Positions 33,376-43,541 of a stretch of DNA of 64,000 bases are shown in pieces. The DNA is from Lepidodermella squamata. Taxonomy: Eukaryota; Animalia; Gastrotricha. A program made the position numbers and the translations under genes. The notes below the pieces were generated by a model. It ran no database searches. It worked only from the letters and a program-made list of their open reading frames with translations, and was not told the DNA's origin. Position 1 is the stretch's first letter; every line of letters begins with the position of its first letter. The stretch spans positions 4,154,001 to 4,218,000 of the forward strand of contig JBLDXI010000032.1 in the NCBI GenBank assembly GCA_047495785.1, written 5' to 3'.

Positions 33376-36354
33376 TTATTTAGATAAAGATGGATGATTA
33401 ATCACTAAGCTCATCCAGTCAAGGAAGCTGTAGACACTTGTGTACACGCCAGGTTTCCCGGGTGATCCGCAGCCGACCCCGAAAGATACGACGCCGTGAA
33501 CCTGCCACCTGCCATCGATCAAGCAAACCAAGGGGCCGCCAGAGTCACCTAGGCAGCTGTCTTTGCCTCCTTCAGGGGTTCTACGTAAATTTTAATGAAC
33601 ACAGTTCACCACAGGGTTGAATGGCTTACCCGCCAGCACAAAGCATTGAGTTTTCGACTAAAACTCCATGAACGCCCAACTTCCTTCTGCATTCTTCGAG
33701 ACTTTCGACTATGGGCATTTCGACTTGCTTCAAAACGTTCTCGTTGCCTTGAAAATTGAATCAGAAGAAATTAAACATATTTTTGAAGCAGACGCATCTA
33801 CCTGTTCCCTTAGTATCACCCCAACCAACGGCGTAACATAAATCGCTTGCTCGAGCTGGTCGACTAGGCAGACAAGCCGGATAGCCCAGTTCAGAGAACC
33901 TCAGCTATATGAAAAAAATCGGTAAAAATGGGAAACCAGCGATTTAATCACGTACCGGTTCACTGAGTTGAATTAACGCGATGTCGAAAGCTTTCTCGAC
34001 CTTGCCGCCGACGTATTTCTTGTGTCGCATGATTCGCCTGATCCTCGGCCGAATCAGCGGCTGGCCATTCCACGCTAATTCGCTGTTTTTCGCGTGGCGT
34101 CCGACTACAGCCTGCCAGCGGCGAGCGTTGTTGAACAGGTGCTGGTACCTTTCATTGCGAAAACAGTGCGCCGCAGTCAACAGCCACCCTAAAATAAAAA
34201 AATAAAAACATGCCGCGTTATAGCATTGAGACGAACTATCGCTGATGATCGTGGCACCGCAGATGGGACTTCCTGAGAAGAAGAGGCCAACAGCCCAAGG
34301 CCAACTGCCAGGGATAGCCGCAGTGCCGCCGACTATTTTGTCTTCTAAATCGCGGTAGACAAAACGCGAATACGCTGGTCGATTTCCTAGAGCCGGCGCG
34401 AAACCACATTGCTGCTGATTCGAGTTAATCGTAAACAATTTCCACTTGTGTTCATTCAACATTCTCGAGTTGACGGTTGTTTGACCAGAAGATACTTTCG
34501 AACCGCTCTCCATTTTCACGAGATAAGCCATTTCAAAGCCGTGGCCTTTCGCAGAGTCCGAATTCGACCGAAATATGACGGTAACTGGCCCTTGGGTTCG
34601 GATACTCGGCGGGTCGTCTAGCGATGGGCGTCTTGAATTGCAAAATTTCTCCTTCACCCGTTTGCCTTTCAGATTGACTCCGCTTATTTCAACGTAATCA
34701 CCCTGCGAACAGTCTGCTCTAGCTGCCACTTCGAAGTACAGGAAGCGAAATTCGAGTCTCCAATAGTGACCGGGTTTCAAGAACCCAGCTGGTTCCAGCG
34801 ACCATATACATGTTGTCGATGCTGGGTAGAGGCCTTTGCCGTAGCCGGGTGATCGGATGGTACCTCGCTTATTTTCTGTCAATTTCATACCATCCTTCGA
34901 ACAGCTTGAACTGCGAAAACTCTGGACATTTTCCGAAGAGCTAACAGCAGCCCAATGTAGTTTGAAACCAGCAAAATCGTCGCCGAACTTCGGCATTTTA
35001 GAAGTGAGAAATACTGCAGTCATTGCATTAGCTCGGATAAGAAGATCAGACGGCTTAGCACTCCCGCAAAGTTTGCCAAGCAGAACTTCATGGCCGTCGC
35101 GGTACAGGGATAAAGTCAAGCTATCAACACTGCATGCTCCGTGTTCTTGGAAGAAACTGTTTGGAGACAGTGAAGCCTTGCCACTATCGATACTGAAAAT
35201 TCTTTCGAATTTCAGCCTAATGAACTAGAAATCGAGCAAATTTTATTTTTGAATCGTTATTTTTCAAGCTTACATGTTGTGGGGAGGTATTTATGTGCCA
35301 AACACAGCGATGATCGGCAGGATAGGCATTCGGGTAGTTGAAACTTTGAAAGGTTCCGCTTAGACCAGTCTGATAGCGAGGCGATCCGCAGCCAGAAGGT
35401 TCGGCGTAGCGATTACCCTTATAATCATCATTTCCCTCATCATCTAAGCCATCTGTGTTCGGCTCTGCAACTTCAGACGACGGGACATCAGACGTAATAT
35501 TGAGGTTATCATCGTAAACGTCTTTACAATCCATTTCATCGAATGAATCATCGCAATGAGCCACCCCGTCGCAACTGAAAAAGCAACCCTCAGGAAACAT
35601 TATACAAATTAATTAAAAATTACATCCTATCCCACTTCAGGCAGACGTGTCTTTCGTTGTACACACATGAGAAGTGTTCTGATGGGCAATAAGTACGATC
35701 TGTCGGCATTGAATCGCTGAATTCTTCAAAAGCCAAAGGTGCACTCTGTTCCTGAATCCGGAATTCCCCATCATTTTTGAACAGCTTTCCTGTGTTGAAT
35801 CGCACCATGAAGGCAGTGCTCGCTATTTCGCTAAACGTGCGGTTATTCAGGGTGAGCCGGATCACAACCGATTGCTGGGGTGGAGCGGCGATGGACGGCA
35901 CCCAGCAGCAGCCGCAATGTTCGGAACGTTCGACCTCTGCATCGCCATCGATGTAGAAAATGCGCACGCAGCCATCGTCCGAACAAGATGACGAATTCGC
36001 GTTAGGAACATTGAATCGCTCGAAGTCAAGATACAGCGATAACTGCTGGTTTAACGGCACGGCTTCACTGCTGTTCGGGAAAATCAGCCGCCATTCGCAT
36101 TCGATGCTCTGCGTTGCGTTAACTGGCGTTGTTTTCAGGCTATCGACAATCCGGTGCTGGTAACGGTGGCTTTTGAATTGCAAAATGCCATTTGATTGGT
36201 TGTTAAGGTTAATTTCCGACGACCCAGAGTAGCAATCCGGGCATAGCTTTTGTCGAGATAAAAAATCGGTGCAGTAGCTTTCAAAACAGCTATCAGCAGC
36301 CACGCAAAGTAAGCCTAACAAAAGCAGTTTAAAAATCTCTATGGACGTGGCCAT
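33376..36354 (-). CDS. Secreted multidomain trypsin-like serine protease (signal-CUB-LDLa-CUB-CUB-S1A), multi-exon
   Basis: K|IVGG activation site, LTAAHC, DIAL. Last exon (33376-33580), absent from the ORF track, reads [11 protein letters not shown]...GVVSFGVGC...PGVYT. LDLa motif [13 protein letters not shown]; CUB motifs [13 protein letters not shown]. Confidence 0.92.
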
Positions 36355-36873
36355 AAATTTGAAAAATTTGCCGAATATTTGTTTTAAATGCGGAAGGTAA
36401 CTCTACAGTCGCCAGGTGTTGGTCTTAAAGATGAAACATCAATATTGTTACGATGTCGCCAATATCAATAACCGAGCTTTGTCAACAGCTGTTTGTATTT
36501 GGACTCGCTCTATCTTGCTCCAGATAGGGAAATATAGGGAAGAGTGACATTTAAAAACTGACGCAAATTTCAGCAATTTTTTTATTAATTCTCATTTTTA
36601 TTCAGGAATATCCCTCCGAGAAAATCAAAAACATTGCTTAACAATAGTTTAGTTTTGTAGTCAAGTTCGGAAGTTACACGCTCGTAAACAATGTCGGTGT
36701 TTTTCATCTACCTCTAGTAATAGCGTAGAGAAAAGCACTGTTATAATTGATGCACTGAGTTTGCGAGACGTTAAGCAAACAATTAACGCAAAAATTCAAA
36801 AATGAAAATACACTCGTTTGAGATGCCGCTATACAATAAACGCAGGTAGTGCTGCCATACCCAAAGTTTAGCT

Positions 36874-39232
36874 ATGATGAGGGAATGGTTGTTAAATTTT
36901 CCTATTAAAGCATCAGTTCTCGTAGTCATCTATCTTCTTGTCGATGGTATTTCTGGACAATCTCAAAGGGTGACTACAACTGCATCGCCAGCGAAAAATG
37001 CGACTACAACCCGGCCTTTACGAATCGAGTACTATAGGAATGACCCAGAAAATTACTTGTGGCCCCTGCGCCGAGCTATTCCTTTCCGAATTAGCAGTTC
37101 AATATCTTCACGTAACCAAGTGCCAATAATAAGAAATTGTTTGATGACAATTCAAGCGGCAACGTGTCTGCGGTTCTCAGAGTGGAACAATCAGACGATG
37201 AATGAAACGACAACGGCTCACATTCATTTCATCACAGTGAAAGCTGATTTTTGCGACACTTCTCAGATTGGCTACCGGAAAAATGAACGAACCATCATTC
37301 GGTTGGGTCCGAACTGTTTCAACAGCTCAATCATCTACAAGCTGATTTTCCACGCTCTTGGCATGTTCAACGAGCATGTAAGTAAATGCTATTATCACTA
37401 TAAATTCGGCTGAGCTTAGCTCTGATCTAATGTTAAATGGGCGTTTCCTTATCATTAATTCACCCAACCAGAGTGCTCGAGTGGTTTAAGAGGTCAGACT
37501 TAAGATCTGATGGGAGTAATCCCGCGTGGGTTCGAACCCCACCTCTGGTAGAATATTTTTCGCACCAAATTCTAATATTTTTTCGTATTATTTTCTATGG
37601 CAGCAAAGGGGTGATCGAGATCAGTACATTTATGTCAACTACGAAAATATAATGCCGCGGTGTCGTCGCCCTGGCTTTGACATAATTCCGATGGACGAGC
37701 GCGTGTTGAATACGCGATATGACCTCAATTCGATCCTACACTGGGACAGTCGGTCTTGCGCTCGCTGGCCGAATGTCACGACAATGGAGGTGCTGAAACA
37801 ACCACACCGAGGTCTCGGCGGATCGACAGCTCCAACAGCCACCGACTACCAGAAGCTGACCAACGTCTACTGCAATGGATCGAGGCCGTTGGCGTGGCTC
37901 GTCGACCGCGACAACGCCGAACCGGTCGGAGTCCGTAGCTATGTTGCCGGCCATTTCACTATCAACTTGTGGCCGGACGGGGTGATACCCTACGTGATTG
38001 ACGAATCTTTCCTCAAATGGCAACAGAAGCGGTTAGAAAGCGCTATCAACTACATCAGCAACAAAACTTGCATCGAATTTAAAGCGGTAGTGGTGAAAAA
38101 TTCATTTTTTTGTTGATATTTTAAATTGTCCGTAAACTAGGTCACTTTTAAAGAAATCGACAGCGGCAAAGTGCCTGACTACGTCGAGTTCACGTACAAC
38201 CCTGATACGGATAACGACGGGTATAAAACCGACATTTACGGGTTCATTCCACGTATCGAACGGCGTCTTGTCGAATTTGGCGATGATACATTTGGCGAAG
38301 AAGGATCTTCGAAACTCATCTACTGGGCTTTGATGGCAATTGTTGGCATATTGCCAGAACACCGGCGACCTGACCGTGATGATTACATCACGATTAATTG
38401 GGACAACGTTGCCGATGGCGCTGAGTGGGCGTTCAAAGTGCTGGACAGGCCGTTTGATCGCCGAGTTTTGTGGACACCTTACGATATTAGGTCAATCATG
38501 CACCCGGCTGCCAATGCGTTTTCATCGAATTCGCGAAGTCTCGATACGATAGCAGCGAAAAAGCGCGGGTTACAAGATGAAGTCGGAAGTGCTGACTGGC
38601 CGACTCGTTGGGATCTGACGAAAATCGATAATCTATACTGTTACGGCGGCACTCTTTCGTCATCTCGGCCTGATTCGGCTACAACCACCCCTGTTTCGGA
38701 TGAAGGCGACGACTTTTACGATGAGTACGACTACGAAGATGACAACAAGCCAAGTAACTCGACTTCAACAGCGACTAGCATTGCGACGAGGGTCCCTATT
38801 AGGACAACAACTAAGGCTACCACTAAGACAGCTGATTACGAGGAGAACGAGAACGATGGCCCTACTACCAGAACTACTAGAGCGCCGTCCACTACTAGAA
38901 CTGCTCCAGCGCCGTCTACTACGGTAGCGCTCGTCCGATCTCAAAGCCTTCCGATCCCAAAGTTGAATTTCACATTCCCACCCGGATTCGATTTAGGATC
39001 TCTGACGAAATCTGATTCGACTACAACTGTCACGGTTGCCAAGAGAATGGACCCTATTGATGACGACGATGACGATGACGATGACGATGACGCCGATGCG
39101 CGGAAGAAGAAGCGAAAACGGCGGAATGATAAAGCCTCGAAGGCGAGGAGCGGTGTCGAGCAACTGTGCCAGCATTTTACTTTCATTCACGTCTGTTTCT
39201 CATCGCTCAGTCTCATCCAGTTGATCTACTGA
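36874..39232 (+). CDS. Double astacin-domain protein, both domains lacking the zinc motif; Thr-rich stalk and hydrophobic C-terminus; exons 36874-37377, 37604-38086, 38141-39232
   Basis: Signal peptide; LWP...IPF, TCLRF, EHQRGDRD, YDLNSILHW. Second domain LWPDGVIPY, EHRRPDRD, YDIRSIMHP. Confidence 0.85.
37467..37550 (+). tRNA. tRNA-Leu(TAA): tRNA-Leu (anticodon TAA)
   Basis: Acceptor stem ACCAGAG/CTCTGGT plus discriminator A; D stem CTC/GAG; anticodon arm TCAGA-CTTAAGA-TCTGA; long variable arm GGGA/TCCC; T arm GTGGG-TTCGAAC-CCCAC. Confidence 0.96.
37556..37560 (+). terminator. Pol III oligo-T terminator of tRNA-Leu
   Basis: T5 run 5 nt after the discriminator base. Confidence 0.7.
39059..39097 (+). 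repeat. (GAY)n coding repeat, poly-Asp
   Basis: gatgacgacgatgacgatgacgatgacgatgac encodes D11. Confidence 0.85.
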
Positions 39233-39451
39233 ATAAAATATGTTGTTCTTGCGTTTGAAATCGCGTGCTTAATTTCTGGGCTCACAAATTTTTATCGCAA
39301 TTTGAAAACAAAGCATTTAATTTCAATGCCCCGCCATTTTTATTCACAACTTCAACGGCTATTCGCCAACAAACAATTGTCTCTGGACTTTGTTGCTTGC
39401 ACTGAAAGCGAGAAGCCGCCTAGTGAAATAGCTGCTGATAAAGGAAATAAC

Positions 39452-40270
39452 ATGCATGACTTGGAGATCGGCATCGACCATCCGGCCGGAAAATTTATCA
39501 TTCGCGGCCTAACTTTGGGAGATCGAATTGATCGAATATTCGAAGAATTCAACCGACAAACACTTTTGCCAATGTTTCCCTGTGGCCATTCATGGCAAGT
39601 TATGGTTAATATTGACGACAAGCCGATGGATATATCGCGATTTGCCGATAAGCAGCTGATAAACATCAATTTGCTACCTGATCTTAATCATCAAATTTGG
39701 TTGAAAGTTGCGAAAAATGACAGCGACCTGAACAACTCGGATATCAACGACAAATGTGCCATTTTCCAGCCAGGCAACATTCGGGTGGCCAGTTTCCACG
39801 TTTCTTGCCAGTCTGATCTATTGGAACGGGGCAAAAACTACGTCGGCTTAATGCTGCTCCAATATGACGGCAGGTCGGACTGGAATTTGGCTGGGGTTCA
39901 CTGTAGGTCGGGTTACATTTACGTCAAAGAACGAGAGTCGCTTGTGATTTTTCGGACCAAGGATGAAAGTTTGGGCTCAAAGGCTTTCTTCTCGCTATTC
40001 GGTCGCGAACTTGACGATAAAACAGTCGGATGTGCCTTTTTGATTGAAAATGGCACAATCACCATCAATCAATTGCAGCCAATCGAATCGAAAGATGGTT
40101 ATAAAGCTGGAAATGTCGAGAAAATTAGCGTGTTACAAACAATCTTGAATTGGCTCAAGACTGGAATTTCAACCTGGCAATGCGAATCGAGCAATGAGAT
40201 GAAATATGGCTGCAAGGACTGCACAATCGAAAAACTGTCTAAAGAACTTGCTACGATTCTTCAAAATTGA
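39452..40270 (+). CDS. Uncharacterised soluble protein (paralog of 19993-20799)
   Basis: ATG at 39452 aligns with the paralog start (IDHPxGxFII); near-identical core block. Confidence 0.8.
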   Translation: MHDLEIGIDHPAGKFIIRGLTLGDRIDRIFEEFNRQTLLPMFPCGHSWQVMVNIDDKPMDISRFADKQLININLLPDLNHQIWLKVAKNDSDLNNSDINDKCAIFQPGNIRVASFHVSCQSDLLERGKNYVGLMLLQYDGRSDWNLAGVHCRSGYIYVKERESLVIFRTKDESLGSKAFFSLFGRELDDKTVGCAFLIENGTITINQLQPIESKDGYKAGNVEKISVLQTILNWLKTGISTWQCESSNEMKYGCKDCTIEKLSKELATILQN

Positions 40271-41248
40271 TCGCCGTAAAATAAATTGCCGTTTCTCTAT
40301 TACATTTTATTCAGCGAAACAGCCCGATTGAAAAGCAATAAGAACGCACTGAGGAGTCTATCACAGCCGATAAAATAATATTATAACTACCGTGGCTACC
40401 TGCTCGTTGTTTTATCACGCCTTGAAACCTGAGTAAATAAATAGTATTTGCCAAGCGAAAAAAAACCGAAAGTGCTGCTTGTATTGCGCTGCGCATCCAG
40501 AAACGAGCGGCAAAAAAACTGTTGCACCTGCTGCGGTCATTATGGTAATCATTACCTCAAAGATGCTTGACTTGTATTATTTGTAGCTTCCTTATACCAT
40601 AATTCATTATAGATGTACAAGAAAATTGACTGGGCTAAAAAGTTTATAATAGCAATTTTTTCAGTAAAATTGAATCATTCCCACAAAAAACGTAGTAGTT
40701 CTTTGTTCTATTGCCTTGGTGCGAAGGGCCATCTGCCTTAAATATTTGGCAGCATGGTGGTCAGCGCACTGGTCGATTGCAAATATTGCGCATTTGCATA
40801 CATTTTTTTGCCCCGGAAATACAGCCTAGTTAGGTGTGGGCCGCATAATGAAATAACAACCCCCTCAGTATAATTCATTTTCATTAACGAGAGCAATCGA
40901 TTTTTCGTCCATAACTTATTATTTTTTGCCTCGAAATCGGTTTGTATCAAACTATGAGCAGTCTGCCATCGGCATCACTTCGGCATAGAAATGCTTGCGA
41001 AAACTTTATTTGAAGCTGAGCACTGAGTGTTCCCATTCGAGATGTTATCTCTTATTCTTGCTGAAGCTCGGAATACAGCGTGACAAGCGAGTTAATTTGT
41101 GATATTTATGCTCATTAGATAACCGTGTTAATTCACGCCCATCGCTGATAAAAATGCGTGTTGTAACTTACGATTACTCCCACTCACCAACAGCAATTGA
41201 GTTCCTGCTTCGTCGAGCCTCAAAAACTAGCGATTCGTCACTATTGCA

Positions 41249-43162
41249 ATGCTGTTAAGGCTGCTAGTTTTAGTCACCTTACTACATGTGGTGTTTTCCG
41301 CGAACCGGAGCACTTTTCTGTGGCCAGACGGCGTAGTTCCTTACTCATTCACGTCCGGATTTAACGAAGACGACGGCCAGTTGGTTATTGAATGCCTACT
41401 GGAAATCGAAGCCGAGACATGTTTGAAATTTCGGCAACGCGAGTACGAACAGGCCTACGTCGAGTTTGTCGCGACTGACACGAATATTTGCCGGACGGAA
41501 GTAGTCGGCCACCCGTTATCAGGCCGCAATCGAATTATGCTCGGCCCGGGTTGTTTTACAAAACGCGCCTTATTCCACGAAATTCTACATTCCCTCGGTT
41601 TACACCATGAACACCAGCGCCCGGATCGGGACAAGTACGTGATAATCAACTACGAAAACATCGCGGATGAGCATCGGAAGGATTTCGCTATTGCAGAGGG
41701 TGTCGATTCGCGGATTATTGCTCGAACACCCTACGACTTCGGATCAATCATGCACTACGACTCGCATACATTCGCCAAAAAGGCAGGGCTGGTTACTATC
41801 GAGGCTCGTGATAAATCTCAAACACGAAGGCTGGGCAAGGCTGAATCACCGTCTAATGGTGACTATCGAAAATTGAGCCTTATGTACAGCTGCGGCTCAG
41901 GTGCGAAGGTTCAGCTGAGTGATAGCGTGACGTTCGAGACGTTCCAGGCCGGTTCCAACTTGGTTCCACTGTGGCCAAATGGCGTGGTGCCATATATTTT
42001 CGCAACTAACGTGACTTTGAAGCAACGCAAGGCAATTCGAACAGCTATAGAAAATATCGACGCTCAAACTTGTCTGAAATTCGAAGAGCTCGAGGGAGTC
42101 GACGATGAAGTGCCCAGCGTGCTTGAATTCATTTTGATCGACAGCAATTCAAGGCAGCGATCAGGTGTAGATTCAAGTGGGGCAGTTTACGGCCGGAAAG
42201 TTTTCAGAGTTAAGGCGGATAGCTATACTAACGAGCGGCTGATCAATTTTTGGCTGTTAGCTGCTGTTGGCCTTGTACCCGAAGTTCGGCGACCTGATCG
42301 GGATCAGTACGTCAAAATTAATTGGGACAATGTCGATCAAAGCAACTGGTCTCTGCTTGGGAAATACGACAAGCTAGAGGTAATTTCAGTTTTCTGAACA
42401 TTTTCATTTCAAATTCAATGATTTTTTCAGAGACTACTGGCTGTTAGTTACGATATTGAGTCAGTGATGCATTACCGCAGCGATGCCTTTGCAAAAAGTG
42501 GCGACCTATTAACGATTACAGCGCTTAATAAATCCATAAATCCAAGCTTTGTCGGTCGATCATCCCGTCCCACCAAGCTTGATTTCGCGAAAGTTAATGC
42601 AATTTACGGTAATTGCCAGAAAACACGACTGGTTGAAGGAGAAAAAAACACTGAAGATAAACTGGAGATTGAAGAGGAAGATGTCTCATCCTTTATCCTA
42701 CCGGCGACTGGCGAGGGTGATTCTAAAGCCGGCGGCAACGACGATGAGGAACAAAAGCCGAGTGGCGCAACCTTGGAACTTGTCATCTTTCTCAGCGTTT
42801 TAGCCGCCTTAATCGTTTTCATGGTTGCGTTGATTGCGGTTATCCGAATTCGGCGGCGTCGTGCTGCTAACACCGGCAGCCGGCGGAATAGTCGAACGGA
42901 TGGGTCGACATCGGAGCGGCGGACGGTTCGTACCGGGCTAGCTTTACGACGCGGTGATCACGACGATTTCGCTGAGGGGTTAGATGACGACGACGAGACC
43001 GGCGACGAGTCGAGCTCTATGGCGGCGACGATGCGCGTCGGGCAACAGCAACAACGGCCGCGCCACTCGAATGTGCAGTACCGCCCGGTGGCGCAGCAGG
43101 AAGACGGCGACTATCGTCATCATGGCAACGAGCGCGTGATCGATGACGATCAGGAGGCGTGA
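41249..43162 (+). CDS. Type I membrane double-astacin metalloprotease (domain 1 intact, domain 2 degenerate); intron 42380-42430
   Basis: HEILHSLGLHHEHQRPDRD and SIMHY in domain 1; FWLLAAVGLVPEVRRPDRD in domain 2; TM LVIFLSVLAALIVFMVALIAVI followed by RIRRRR. Confidence 0.9.
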
Positions 43163-43541
43163 TTCCGCAGCCAGGGTTTATGACCTGAAAGCCACTGAAA
43201 CATAGACAAAATGAAAAAGCAATAAAATTTGATTATTTTTTCCACGCTCTTTATCACTATTTTGAGATTTCTGACATGTATCACTATGGGCCAAAAACGT
43301 CCTCGGTATATTTCATTTTGTCATTTCAAGTGTTTACGAAGCGAATTAGTAATCGCGTCAATGCTCAGGTGAGATGATTTTGCCCAAAATCAGCCAACAT
43401 TTCGTCCAACGCCGCTGTGATCCAAAATTAAAAAATGACTTGCTGGCACCCACGAACGAGGGCAGCCCCGTACAATTGTTAATGTGAATCATGTGCCGCT
43501 TCACGTTCTAATAAGCACCGTTTTAGTATAAAAGCGCGCAA

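Noticed and set aside
34189-34236. Apparent 16-aa insertion ([16 protein letters not shown]) in the protease domain
   Set aside because: It is a 48-bp stop-free GT-AG intron read through by the ORF finder.
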